A DNA stretch of 64,000 bases from an uncultured Nitrososphaerota archaeon. GTDB taxonomy: Archaea > Thermoproteota > Nitrososphaeria > Nitrososphaerales > CADDZS01. The position numbers and the translations under genes were made by a program. The stretch lies in NCBI GenBank assembly GCA_963799845.1, contig CAWCYI010000004.1, positions 704,001 through 768,000 of the forward strand. The letters are read 5' to 3'. The notes below the pieces were generated by a model. The model saw only the letters and a program-made list of their open reading frames with translations. It was not told where the DNA came from and made no database searches. Shown one piece after another: positions 40,214 through 50,895 of the stretch (position 1 is its first letter; each line of letters opens with the position of its first letter).

Positions 40214-42565
40214 CTAACGAGCTGGCTCCGTCATCAGGCTGCGAAGATAGTCGGGGGCGAGCGGCATCGTGTTGATTTTCGCATTAGCCAGTGCATCTTC
40301 GACCGCATTCACTATCGCTGGAACAGAGGCGACAGTCCCATTCTCGCCCACTCCCTTGATGCCTAGCGGGTTAGAACTCGTCGGCGTAAAAGTGGTCGAC
40401 CATCTTATCGGAAACATGTCTCCGGCTTGAGGAATCATGTAATCGAGAAAACTGCCCGTGACCAAGGCGCCGTCCTGATCATAGACTATTCCTTCCAATA
40501 ACGCCTGTCCCGCACCCTGGGCAATACCTCCGTGGACCTGACCTTCAGCAATCATCGGATTCACAATCACTCCGATATCGTCGACGGCGACGTAGTCAAG
40601 TACTTTGATCAGACCCGTATCTCTTTCGACCTCCACGACGGCTACGTGCGTGCCGTAAGGCCACGTCCAGTTCTTCGGAGTGAAAGCACTGTACTCGAAA
40701 AGAGTCGGCTCCATCCCCTCAGGCAGCTTCGTAGCATTGTAGCCCATCGCTGCAACGGCATCAAATTGAAGGGAATTTTTCTCGTTCCCTTTCTGAAAAA
40801 TCTTTCCATTCTGGAACGTTAGAGACTCCGGCACGACGCCTAACTCTTTTGCTGCAATTGCAGCCATCTTCTTCCTGATCTTTTGTGCAGACATCATGAC
40901 GGCTGAACCGCCAAGCGCCGCTGATCTGCTTCCACCCGTTGTCGATCCCCATGCGAGGCGATCAGTATCGCCGTATGTAACGCTGATTCTCTCGATGTCT
41001 ATTCCGAGTTCATCGGCAGCTATCTGGGCTAACGGAGTTTCGTGCCCTTGTCCGTGTGGAGAAGTCCCAGAAACTATTTTGATTTTCCCAGTCTGGGTAA
41101 TGTTGATCGAGGCAGTCTGAGGGTTTCCTGGGCCCCAGGAACTGATCTCAAGGTAGGCGCCGATACCGATTCCAATCAACCGACCATTTTCCTTTGATCT
41201 CTCCTCCCTCTGCTCTCGCCTCCACTTGTAATAGCTTACTATGTCAAGCGCTCTCTTCAGGCTCGTCTCGTAATCGCCAATTTCGTACGGATAACCGGTC
41301 AGAGATTTAAATGATGGATTTGCTCCGCGGAGAAAATTTTTCAGCCTGACTTCCGTCGGATCTAGACCCAGCTCGCTCGACACCCGATCGATTACTCTTT
41401 CGATGAGATAGGTAGCTTCTGGCCTCCCCGCGCCGCGATATGCGTCAAACGGCACTTTGTTCGTGTAGACGCAAAAAAGTTCAGCGTGGAAGTTTCTAAA
41501 GTCGTACTGCGCTGGAATCATGTTCACGGTTACCTCCGGGTCTCCAAAGGTTTCAGGCGACGCAAAAGCGCCAGAGTCAGAGACTATTTTCACCTTCAGC
41601 CCGAGAATCGTTCCGTCATTCTTTACCGCGGCTTCGACAGACTGCTCCTGCCCTCTCCCGTGGAACATAGTAGCAAGATTTTCGCTACGCGTTTCAATCC
41701 ACTTGACCGGTTGCCCTAAATCCATCGAAGCAATGCAAACAAGCACATCTTCGGGATAGAGGTAACATTTTGCGCCGAAAGCGCCGCCGACGTCTGGAGC
41801 GATGACTCGGATCTTGTTCTCATCCACGTGTAGGACCTCTGCTAGAGCGAGCCTTGTATCAAATGGCTGCTGATTACCCATCCACACCGTAAGATAATCC
41901 GTGCCAGGATCATAACTCGCAAGAACGGCCCTCGTCTCCATTGGGCTGGGCGCTACCCGCTGATTGACAATGTCGATCTTGATGATCTTGTCGGCGGCTT
42001 TGAAGGCATCGTCAATATTCCCGGATTGTTTCACGTAATAGTCCCCGACGTTGTCTTTTACGCTCTCGTGAATTAGCGTGCTGCCCGACATCATGGCCTT
42101 TGAAGGTTCGACTAAACTTTCCAGAGGCGAATAATCAATCTCAACTTTTTCTCCCGCGTCCTGTGCTAGGGATCGACTGTCTGCGACTACAAACGAAACG
42201 GCTTCACCTGCGTATCTGACTGTGCCCTTAGCAAGCGGGAATCTCGGGACCGGTTTCTTGTTGTCAGAAGAGTCAGGAATCGGCAGAGTGCTGATCCGGC
42301 CTTGAATTTCCTCGGCGTTGTAGATGTGATGAACACCTGGCGAGGAGATCGCCTGTCGAAGGTTAATCGAGTTAATCTTTGCGTGAGCGTAAGTGCTTCT
42401 CACGACGTAAGCGTGAAGCATTCCTGGCAGTTTGATATCATCAACAAACTTGCTCGCGCCGATAAGAAACCGGAGGTCCTCTTTTCTCTTGAGAGATCTG
42501 CCGACCAGTTTTCTTGTCTCGGTCTCGGTGAGCGTTGTTTGTAGGGTACTCGACATAAGAGGCAC
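40214..42565 (-). CDS. Xanthine dehydrogenase-family molybdoprotein large subunit (AYRGAGR type; CutA/aldehyde oxidoreductase-like)
   Basis: AYRGAGRPEA, GGAFG, HGQGHET, KGVGE; no adjacent M/S genes. Confidence 0.88.
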   Translation of the reverse strand: MPLMSSTLQTTLTETETRKLVGRSLKRKEDLRFLIGASKFVDDIKLPGMLHAYVVRSTYAHAKINSINLRQAISSPGVHHIYNAEEIQGRISTLPIPDSSDNKKPVPRFPLAKGTVRYAGEAVSFVVADSRSLAQDAGEKVEIDYSPLESLVEPSKAMMSGSTLIHESVKDNVGDYYVKQSGNIDDAFKAADKIIKIDIVNQRVAPSPMETRAVLASYDPGTDYLTVWMGNQQPFDTRLALAEVLHVDENKIRVIAPDVGGAFGAKCYLYPEDVLVCIASMDLGQPVKWIETRSENLATMFHGRGQEQSVEAAVKNDGTILGLKVKIVSDSGAFASPETFGDPEVTVNMIPAQYDFRNFHAELFCVYTNKVPFDAYRGAGRPEATYLIERVIDRVSSELGLDPTEVRLKNFLRGANPSFKSLTGYPYEIGDYETSLKRALDIVSYYKWRREQREERSKENGRLIGIGIGAYLEISSWGPGNPQTASINITQTGKIKIVSGTSPHGQGHETPLAQIAADELGIDIERISVTYGDTDRLAWGSTTGGSRSAALGGSAVMMSAQKIRKKMAAIAAKELGVVPESLTFQNGKIFQKGNEKNSLQFDAVAAMGYNATKLPEGMEPTLFEYSAFTPKNWTWPYGTHVAVVEVERDTGLIKVLDYVAVDDIGVIVNPMIAEGQVHGGIAQGAGQALLEGIVYDQDGALVTGSFLDYMIPQAGDMFPIRWSTTFTPTSSNPLGIKGVGENGTVASVPAIVNAVEDALANAKINTMPLAPDYLRSLMTEPAR

Positions 42566-42626
42566 TCATCCCCGACAGAGTGCTGGATGGCTAATATGTT
42601 TTGTAGGGCGATACAGACTCGTCTGC

Positions 42627-42956
42627 TCAGGTCGTCGCGACCATCTCGATCTCTACAAAGACTTCCAGTCCCAGACCTGCTTCCACTGTAGTCCTTGAAG
42701 GAGGAATTTCAATGCTCCCAAAATATTCATTCCATATTGCATTGAGGTACTGCTCCCGATAACTTAGATCCGAGAGGTAAACGGTTACCTTCACGACTTT
42801 GTCGAACGATGTTCCCGCCTCCTGCAGTACTGCTCTTAATTTTTCAAAAACGTTCCTGATCTGAGTGGGAACATCTCCCGGCTTTCCTGTGACCCCGCTA
42901 GTGTATACGGTGTTACCGATCCTCTTGAACCGGGACATTTTTGGTTGCTGGCTCAT
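42627..42956 (-). CDS. RidA-family protein
   Basis: VYTSG, VVKVTVYL, PPSRTTV, VEIE. Confidence 0.8.
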   Translation of the reverse strand: MSQQPKMSRFKRIGNTVYTSGVTGKPGDVPTQIRNVFEKLRAVLQEAGTSFDKVVKVTVYLSDLSYREQYLNAIWNEYFGSIEIPPSRTTVEAGLGLEVFVEIEMVATT

Positions 42957-43041
42957 TTGACAATATTCCTCCGAGGTTGTGGATTTAGGAATTTCGATCT
43001 TGGGAGTATTAACATTTTTCAAAATTTTGGAATATCTATTC

Positions 43042-44286
43042 TCAGGTGACAGTCTCCCATTTGCCAGTCAAAGTCGATCTTGAGATTGTATCAGTAACCT
43101 TGTCTGCCATGAGCCCGTCGTAAAACGTCGCACCCCACGGCTCTATCGGTTTGTCTTCGGCGACTGCTGTAAAGAAATGATACATCTCGTGAACCATTGG
43201 ATGCTCCCAACCCAGAACGTGACCCGATGGCCACCAATTCTTGGCATATGCATGCACGGGTTCAGTTGCAGAGATAGTTCTGAACCCTCTCTTTTCCTGC
43301 CCATCTTTGTTCGAATAATAATCCAACTCGTTCAATCTTTCCAAGTTGAATGAAAGCGAACCTTCAGTGCCGTGAATCTCTATCCTCTGAAAGTTCTTCC
43401 TTCCCGCACAGAACCGTGAGGCCTCGACCGAGCCAATGACTCCAGACTTGAACCTCAACAACGCAATGAAAGCATCGTCCACGTCGACCTTTCCCGTTTT
43501 ATTTTCCCCCAACCCATTTTCGGGCAGAGGTCTCTCCTCGATAAATGTCTTCGTCATCCCCACCGTTGAATCAATGTCACCCACGAGAAACCTTCCGAGG
43601 TCGATGACATGAGTCCCTAGATCTCCCAAAACCCCGCTACCCGCAATGGATTTTCTCAATCGCCATACTAGGGGAAAATTTGGGTCCATAATCCAGTCCT
43701 GAAGATAAGCTGCCCTAAATTCAAGAACCTTGCCAATTGAGCCATCATCAATTAGTTGCTTTGCCAGTCGGATTGCGGGGATAAACCTGTAGTTATACCC
43801 GACCATGTGCTTAATTCCCGCCTTTCTTGCTGCCCGTAGCATCCTCTCGGATTCCTTTGCATTGCGCCCGAGTGGCTTTTCGCAGATCAGATCTTTTCCC
43901 AGCTCGGCGGCTTCGATGCAAGGATCCTCATGAAGGTTGTTTGGGAGTCCGTTATCGACAACTTGAACGCTATCGTCTTTCACGACCTTATGCCAATCGG
44001 TATAATATTTTTCGTACCCAAAATTCTTGGCAGCTTCTTTTACAGCCGATTCGGATCTGCCGGCAATTGCACTAAGGCTCGGGATGGGGGAGTTTGGAAA
44101 AATGAACGGAAACTGGATGAAAGCGTTCGTGTGAGCCTTTCCCATAAAGGCGTATCCCAGCATCCCGGTCCCAATCCTCTTTCTTTGGGAACTTGAATCG
44201 CTCTTTGTTTCGACAAGAGCAACATGAGCTGTCCTCTCATGCGTTGAGCCTCTCGGTTTTTTCATTGTCGTACGAAGCGGTTTCAA
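43042..44286 (-). CDS. Gfo/Idh/MocA oxidoreductase
   Basis: GYAFMGKAH, CEKP, GVLGDLGTH, VDD; start uncertain. Confidence 0.9.
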   Translation of the reverse strand: MKPLRTTMKKPRGSTHERTAHVALVETKSDSSSQRKRIGTGMLGYAFMGKAHTNAFIQFPFIFPNSPIPSLSAIAGRSESAVKEAAKNFGYEKYYTDWHKVVKDDSVQVVDNGLPNNLHEDPCIEAAELGKDLICEKPLGRNAKESERMLRAARKAGIKHMVGYNYRFIPAIRLAKQLIDDGSIGKVLEFRAAYLQDWIMDPNFPLVWRLRKSIAGSGVLGDLGTHVIDLGRFLVGDIDSTVGMTKTFIEERPLPENGLGENKTGKVDVDDAFIALLRFKSGVIGSVEASRFCAGRKNFQRIEIHGTEGSLSFNLERLNELDYYSNKDGQEKRGFRTISATEPVHAYAKNWWPSGHVLGWEHPMVHEMYHFFTAVAEDKPIEPWGATFYDGLMADKVTDTISRSTLTGKWETVT

Positions 44287-44388
44287 TCTAGTATATTTTT
44301 CAGTTTAGCTTGGATTCCACGAACTGGACATTACTTAGAACGCTTTTATCCGAAAAAGAAGTCCTTGAAAATTGGTTTTCATCTCGAA

Positions 44389-45354
44389 ATGAAGCTCGGA
44401 GTGTTCAATCCAATTTTTTATCACAAGTCCTTCGAAGAGTTCTTGGACGCTTCCAAAGCTCTGGGATTAGATGCAATTGAGATCGGGTGCGCCAATTATC
44501 CTGGTACAAAGCATTGTGATGCCAAGCGCTTGCTTGCAAACAGCGATGAGCTTGCAGTGTTCAAAAAAAAGATTCAAGACCATGATTTGATAATCAGCGC
44601 TCTCAGTTGCCATGGTAATCCTCTGCATCCATCTCCGAGTATATCTGAAGCGCACCGGCAAGGGCAGCGAGACGCAATCCTTCTCGCCTACAAACTTGGG
44701 GTTGGGCGGATAGTTACCTTCTCCGGCTGTCCCGGAGATTCAGATTCGTCAAGGTACCCCAATTGGGTTACAAGCGCGTGGCCGGAGGACTACCCGAAGA
44801 TCCTCGATTGGCAGTGGAAAGAAAAGGTGATTCCTTACTGGCAGAAGGAAGCAGAGTTTGCCGAGAAGAACGGGGTTGACAAAATTTGCATCGAAATGCA
44901 CCCAGGCTTTGTAGTTTACAATCCTGAAACGATGATCAAACTCAGGGAAAGTGCGGGGAAGGTCGTGGGCGGGAACTTTGATCCTAGTCACATGTTTTGG
45001 CAGGGAATAGATCCCTGCGTAGCAATTCGCAAGCTCTCTGGGAGCATCTATCACTTCCACGCGAAGGATACCTATCTCGATTTGCAAAACATCCAGACGA
45101 ATGGAGTAATTGACTCCAAGAATTACTCTGGCATGAAGGATAGATCTTGGTACTTCAGGACTGTAGGTTATGGTCATGATGCAATAACATGGAAAAACAT
45201 CATGAGTGCCCTACGACTCGCCGACTATGATTACGTCGTCAGCATAGAACACGAAGATGCTCTCCTCTCCCGCGAAGAAGGCCTGAGAAAAGCTGTGGAG
45301 TTTTTGAAAGGGGTGTTGATAACGGAACCACCGAGCGAGGCTTGGTGGACTTGA
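44389..45354 (+). CDS. Sugar phosphate isomerase/epimerase (xylose isomerase-like TIM barrel)
   Basis: HGNPLHP, IEMHPG, NFDPSH, HAKD, SIEHED metal ligands. Confidence 0.88.
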   Translation: MKLGVFNPIFYHKSFEEFLDASKALGLDAIEIGCANYPGTKHCDAKRLLANSDELAVFKKKIQDHDLIISALSCHGNPLHPSPSISEAHRQGQRDAILLAYKLGVGRIVTFSGCPGDSDSSRYPNWVTSAWPEDYPKILDWQWKEKVIPYWQKEAEFAEKNGVDKICIEMHPGFVVYNPETMIKLRESAGKVVGGNFDPSHMFWQGIDPCVAIRKLSGSIYHFHAKDTYLDLQNIQTNGVIDSKNYSGMKDRSWYFRTVGYGHDAITWKNIMSALRLADYDYVVSIEHEDALLSREEGLRKAVEFLKGVLITEPPSEAWWT

Positions 45355-45693
45355 TCGATGAGGCTGCAATAGTTCTAAGATTCTTAGGAACTAGACTTTG
45401 TCAGCATTCGGTTCTTTTGATAGTTCTTCTCGAATCAGCTCGCCGAGTTCCAGATCGGGCTGCCCAATACACGAGATAAACGATTCCGAAACCCGCGAGC
45501 ACAACAAATAGCAAGAAAATTACACTTGAGATCAAGCTACTGTTTCCAGTCAAAATCGATGACAAGTTTGGCTCACTTCGACTAATGGTAAGTGTAACTT
45601 GCACTTACACCTTTGGCATCGTCTTCATAGCCTTTGAGTTTAAGACTGGCATTGCTCGGATAGCTTAGGCTCTTGGGACATCTATTTCGTGAA

Positions 45694-46834
45694 CTACCCT
45701 TGAATAAATTCGTGGGCTTCTTGCTTCCTTGACTGAAACTTGCTGATCCGTGTGATCAGTAGAGGCTCTGTCTCCACAAGGGACTGCTCCAGTCCCAGCT
45801 TCAGGTGATTGCGAGCTGCGTTCACGTCACGGTCCAGTTCAAGACCACAACGCTCGCAATGAAACACTCTGTCCTTCAGAGTGAGTTTCGTCGGCGAGAG
45901 TCTATCCGCATCTAGAGCATTTCTGCGAACTGCCAATGGGATTGACGAGTAAGACTCGCCCGCTACGCCTTTCTGCCTTGTAAGCAGTCATTACGCGTAG
46001 CTTCCCCCAGGTGGCATCCAATATTGCTGATGCGAGATTGTGGTTTCTCACCATGTTCAGAATCTTCAGGTCTTCGAATACAACCAACTTGTTCTTCCGA
46101 GCAAGGTCATTCGAAAACTTATGGCAGAAGTCTTCCCTCTGTCTCCGCACTTTTCTCCACGCCTTGGCGAGAACGATCCGTGCCTTCTCCCTGTTCTGAG
46201 AAGCCTTCTTCTTTCGTGAAAGCTTTCGCTGAAAAGACTTGATTCTCTGCACACTCCCCTTCAAGTAGCGTGGGTTTTCTATAAGGGTCCCATCGCTGAG
46301 AGCTGCTACACTCGAGATCCCAACATCCACGCCAATTTTTCCATCGGAGCATTTCACAGTCGGATTGGATTCGTCGACGAGCAGTGCCACGAACCACTGG
46401 TCGACGTCCCGGATAACGGTCACACGCTTGATGACGCCGGAGATTTTTCGGTGTAGCACAATCTTGATCTTCCCAATTTTGCTCAGGTAGATCGTGCCAC
46501 CTTTCAGCTTGAAGCCGGATTGAGGATAGGTGAAGGAGTTGTAGCGACCGTATTTCCTGAACCTCGGATACTTCATCAGCCCTTTGAAGAATGCTTGGAA
46601 CGCCTTGTCCAGTCTCAGGGCTACGTCCTGCAGGACTTGGGAGAATACAACCTTGAGATATTTATTGTCCCGCTTCAAAGGCACGAGCTGTCTTTTCTGT
46701 TGGTAGAATCCAGTCCGATTCTCATTCCGATCCGCAAGAAGATTGTTGTATAGACGCCTGCATGTTTCAAGAGTCTCGTTGAGGCTTCTCTCTCGTTGCG
46801 TGCTTGGATAGATCCTGAACTTGTAGGTGATCAA
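45694..46834 (-). CDS. tnpB: TnpB RNA-guided nuclease (frameshift near 45905)
   Basis: YKFRIYP, GVDVG (RuvC I), VFEDL (RuvC II), CSRCG/CERCG Zn ribbon, DRDVNAARN (RuvC III) in the shifted frame. Confidence 0.9.
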
Positions 46835-47229
46835 ATCTCTTTCTGCTCTGCAATGTATTGCTTGATCGTGTCGAATGAGACGTGTCCGTGTGTTGAAACA
46901 AAGTAGCTTCGACTCCAGAGAGTAGGAAGCCGGGTTGCAAGTTCTGGGAATTCCTTTCTGAGCTCGTGGGAAGTATGACCCTTGAGAGCCGCGATGATCC
47001 GGTTTGGTGCGATCACCGGAGTAGCCTGGATGAATAGATGCACATGGTCAGGCATTATTTCGAGTGCGATAATCTTGCAGCCGAGAGCATCTGTTTTCTC
47101 TTGAAGTAAAGCTTTGAGTCGAGCTTCAACTTTTCCAACGAGAACCTTTCGCCTGTATTTGGGGCACCAGACGAAGTGATAGTTCATGAAGTGAACTGAA
47201 GTCTGGGAAGGGAGATAGCCCCGTGGCAC
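46831..47229 (-). CDS. tnpA: IS200/IS605 Y1 (HUH) transposase
   Basis: YHFVWCPKYRR, DHVHL, LWSRSYF, YIAEQ. Confidence 0.93.
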   Translation of the reverse strand: MPRGYLPSQTSVHFMNYHFVWCPKYRRKVLVGKVEARLKALLQEKTDALGCKIIALEIMPDHVHLFIQATPVIAPNRIIAALKGHTSHELRKEFPELATRLPTLWSRSYFVSTHGHVSFDTIKQYIAEQKEI

Positions 47230-47287
47230 GGGAAAAAATGGATAACATTTACTTAATTAAAATGCTCGCTTTCATCCCACGGCTGAA

Positions 47288-48465
47288 CAGTAGTTGCGAA
47301 TCAAGTATGCTTTCCTCTCATGTCAAATGACTTGTTCATTATTAGACCGATGAGATAGAGTTTCATTTGGATTACTTTGATCGATACATAGTCATTCGGA
47401 TGGAGCAGCTCTCGATCGGCATTGTACATGACCCACGCGTTGTATACAAGACATGCAAAGAGATAGTAAAATAACCTTACCACGTAGTTCCTTGATGTTG
47501 TTTTATCAGGAATTGATTTGACATCCGGTAGCTCGTCTCTATGCCCCAACGATTCTTGAACAATCTCAATACTGTCTCAGCTTTGTAGGGAAGATTGGTT
47601 GCAAACAGGTACTTGTAATCCTTTGATTTGTCGTAGACCACGACCACATCAAATGACGTTTGTTCGGACTTTCTTCTCCTGTGTCCACTAGTCGTGTATG
47701 TGAATCTCCTGCCATTCCAGAGCCTCATTTTCTTTGTGCTGTAGGTCGGAGCCATTCGGACGATGTACTTGAGTCCAGATTCCTCAAGAAATCTCAGGAA
47801 GCCTGTGCTAAGGAATCCACCGTCAAACACCAAGTATCGAATTCTGATTTCCAGCTCTTCTCGCAGTTTTCGCACAATTTGTTCGGCAGATGAAGCAAGT
47901 TCCGCAGCTGATTCTAACCCTGTAACAGCTACGATCAGTCTTTCCCCATCTACCAGAACAGAAGCTGTAAGATACTTGAACGCATAATTGCTTCCATCTC
48001 GGTGCATGGTTCCGATGACCATCGGTGTTTCTTCATGATCGCCGTAATACATGACATCGTGCAGATCCACCGCTACGGGGACTGGAAGTCGTAATTTCCG
48101 TCGTTTTCGGAGCTTCTTTACATTCATGTCTACCAAATCATCGAAGATTCGTTTGAGCCTCTCTTCTCTTTGTGATTTGATGTACGAAAGAAGAGTTTCT
48201 GCTGTCGGTGATTCGTCTAGAGACTTTGAAACACCTTCTGCAAACCCATTCACCAAGCTTGCAGAAATAAGCAGTTTTAGGTGATCGGCTTTTGAGTAAA
48301 TGGCTCTCTCCTTGAGGTCGTATGTTAGCAATCCTGAGATACTTTTCTTCACGAATTCATGCAGCTTTCTTGAATTGACCTTCAATGAATGTCGGAAAGA
48401 AGCCCTAAGGCACGCTGGCCATAATAATTACGGCCGAAAACGCTTGAATTCATTCGCATCTACTG
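47288..48465 (-). mobile_element. ISH3-family insertion sequence
   Basis: IRs CAGTAGTTGCGAAT / ATTCGCATCTACTG (13/14); 4-bp duplication TGAA at 47284-47287 and 48466-48469. Confidence 0.85.
47301..48385 (-). CDS. ISH3-family DDE transposase (frameshift in A-run near 47502)
   Basis: VAVDLHDVMYYG, FDGGF, RWGIETSYR, then KTTSRNYVVRLFYYLFACLVYNAW in the shifted frame. Confidence 0.85.
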
Positions 48466-48536
48466 TGAAGCACGTGGGATTTCCCGCTCGACTTAGTGCT
48501 AAAATACTCACGAAAACTTAAGACATTCCGGAAAGA

Positions 48537-49318
48537 TTGCCTGTCTATAGAAAGAATAAGTCTAGAGCTTTGCTCAGAGAATCAAAACCAACAGTTGCTA
48601 CACATGTTCACAGTACCTGGCCGGGGATGATGGAAGTCATCGGCTCGACAGGCCTCGTAGACTATGTGGAACTTTCCGCACAATATGCGCCGTACGATTT
48701 GTATCTCTCGACAATCTTGCGATGGCAGCTGACCTTTATGAAATGTCGGCCATGATAAAAATCGATCCCGAACCCAGATATTTCGTGGCCCAGCGGGCGA
48801 TAGGATCTGGATTCCAATCGGTGCTATTTGCAGATCTCAGATCAGTGAAAGATGTCGAGGACGCTATTTCAATAGTTAGGGCAGAGCCGAAGGGCAAAAA
48901 TGGATCTGCGATGAACAGGGCAGCCAAATACTTCTACGGCGGTAGCGAAGAATTTGTGAAGTACTGCGACGATATTGTAATAGCCGTCATGATTGAGAAA
49001 AAGTCCCTATACGAGCATCTGGAAGAAGTTCTCAACTTGGACGTTGATATGATTCAGTTTGGTCCGTCTGATTTCTCGATGAGCCTCGGGGTCTGGGGCC
49101 AGACCAGTAATCCAAAGGTTCTCGAAGCGCAGGAAAACACGATCAAGATGGCGTTGAAATACGACAAGCATCCGAGAATTGAGCTGTCGAGCTTCGCGAA
49201 GGCAGAGAAATATCTCCAGATGGGCGTCAAGGATTTTTGCATCGGATGGGACGTCATGGTGATGAGGGACTTTCTGGTTCAGAACGCTGAGCCACTCCGA
49301 AAGCAACTCGGCATTTGA
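48537..49318 (+). CDS. HpcH/HpaI-family aldolase (frameshift near 48704)
   Basis: DYVELSAQYAP, VMIE, FGPSDFSMSLG; two ORFs join by adding one T. Confidence 0.8.
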
Positions 49319-49343
49319 TGTAGAATCCAATTGAGGAACCAAC

Positions 49344-50249
49344 ATGATTCTGTCAGCCGATCCGCTTTCTGACAATTGCGCTGAATTACTCAGCCAGTTT
49401 GGTCTCAAAAACGGAAGCGAGGATCGAACTGATTTCAAGGAGGCGAAGATCCTTTTAGGCGCGCGCGGTTCCATAAGAAAATCACTCCAGTTCGGGATGC
49501 CGAATCTGGAGGCAATTCAGACTTTCACTGCGGGCGTTGATGACCTGCCATTTGAGCTGATCCCTCCAAATGTGAAAATCTTCTCTAATGCTGGCGTATA
49601 TTCTCAAAGCGTCTCGGAACACGCTCTGGCTCTCGTTCTGGCACTATCCAAGAATGTAAACCGGAAAGATCCGACCGTGAGTTACGGCCTTCGGGGCAAG
49701 ACTTTAGTCGTTCTGGGATGCGGCGGGATCGGAAGCAAAGTAGCTGAAATGGCGCGAGACGCTTTCGGGTGCAGGGTCATAGGGGTATCAAGGTCGTTCA
49801 AATTCCCTGGGCATTTCGATGAAAGAATTGGAGTCGATCAACTTCAGTATGCCGTGGCCTCCGCGGGTATTTTGATCAGCGCTCTTCCATTGAACAAGTT
49901 TACCAGGAATCTTCTGAGATATGGCGATCTGAGTAAAGCGAAGAAGAATTCGATCATCGTGAACGTAGGAAGAGCCGAGGCGATAAATGAATCAGATATC
50001 TATCGGTTGCTCGTCGAAAATCCAGGAATCAGATTCGGTACGGACGTCTTCTGGTTCGTTGGGGAAAAGGAGAATTTTGATTCCAAATTGTGGGAGCTTC
50101 CAAATTTCATGGGAACGATGCACAGAGCTGGTGGGCATGCAAGTCCGGAGGTGATGGAACATGCTATGGAGGTCGCAGCCCAAAATGTTAGAGACTACAT
50201 CCTAACTGGCAACGTTCAGAATTTAGTGAAGCGGGACGATTATGTTTGA
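49344..50249 (+). CDS. D-2-hydroxyacid dehydrogenase
   Basis: TAGVD, SEHALAL, GCGGIG, NVGRA, TDVFW. Confidence 0.85.
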   Translation: MILSADPLSDNCAELLSQFGLKNGSEDRTDFKEAKILLGARGSIRKSLQFGMPNLEAIQTFTAGVDDLPFELIPPNVKIFSNAGVYSQSVSEHALALVLALSKNVNRKDPTVSYGLRGKTLVVLGCGGIGSKVAEMARDAFGCRVIGVSRSFKFPGHFDERIGVDQLQYAVASAGILISALPLNKFTRNLLRYGDLSKAKKNSIIVNVGRAEAINESDIYRLLVENPGIRFGTDVFWFVGEKENFDSKLWELPNFMGTMHRAGGHASPEVMEHAMEVAAQNVRDYILTGNVQNLVKRDDYV

Positions 50250-50265
50250 AGATCTATTTTGAACC

Positions 50266-50895
50266 GTGGGAACTATTCCTATGAGGAGGTCAGCGATTGA
50301 GAGGCGGCGTCTTGTCTTCGTATCGATCGTCTTGATAGCGCTCTCGCTGGTCGTATTCGTTGCTTATTTTATTGGAGCCCAATCCACTCTTTCGGGCATT
50401 CAAGCGATTCAGCTCAATGCCCCGATTACTCATACGCCCACTTTTCTCGGCAGTTACACTTTCATTCTAGGAGGAAAGAATCTGTTTCAAAATGGGACTG
50501 CATACTCTTACGTCTGGATTAATGCAAGCGCGATAGAAAGAGGAGATATCTTCACAGCTTTCCCGGCCCTTAATGTCGGACTTCTAGGCAAGGGCATAAA
50601 TGAAAACAACTTCACCGTGGAGATAATTTATTTTGGCTCGACTTTTGGATCCTCGCCCTACTGGCTCAATTTCTCTGTCTTGATTCCCGTTCTCCATTTG
50701 TCGACAAATTCCTCACAAATTGGGTTTTCAGGCAACTTTTCCAGATCTAACATTTCCATACCTGACTCAAACGGTGCGGAGTTTTTCAGCCAAATTTCTA
50801 ACGTAGTCAATTCGTACGATGAGTTTGAGTTCTTTTTCTACATCGGAAATTCGACCACGCCTGTGCCCGCATTGGCACATGGTCCAGTGAATTGA
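50266..50895 (+). CDS. Membrane-anchored hypothetical protein
   Basis: Basic N-terminus plus TM helix, N-glycosylation-like sites. Confidence 0.6.
   Translation: MGTIPMRRSAIERRRLVFVSIVLIALSLVVFVAYFIGAQSTLSGIQAIQLNAPITHTPTFLGSYTFILGGKNLFQNGTAYSYVWINASAIERGDIFTAFPALNVGLLGKGINENNFTVEIIYFGSTFGSSPYWLNFSVLIPVLHLSTNSSQIGFSGNFSRSNISIPDSNGAEFFSQISNVVNSYDEFEFFFYIGNSTTPVPALAHGPVN

Larger units (their letters stand above)
45689..48492 (-). mobile_element. IS200/IS605-family element (tnpA+tnpB), left end interrupted by ISH3
   Basis: Right end GAAG-CCCACGAATTTATTCAAGGG-TAGTTCAC ending at 45689. Left-end hairpin halves at 47274-47287 and 48466-48480. Exact left cleavage site uncertain. Confidence 0.85.

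Noticed and set aside
40214-42565. Second CO dehydrogenase
   Set aside because: The AYRGAGR motif lacks the Cu-binding Cys, there are no M/S neighbours, and the context is sugar-acid catabolism.
45401-45604. Intact small membrane gene
   Set aside because: Looks like the C-terminal anchor of a larger protein cut off next to the IS605 right end; no convincing start.
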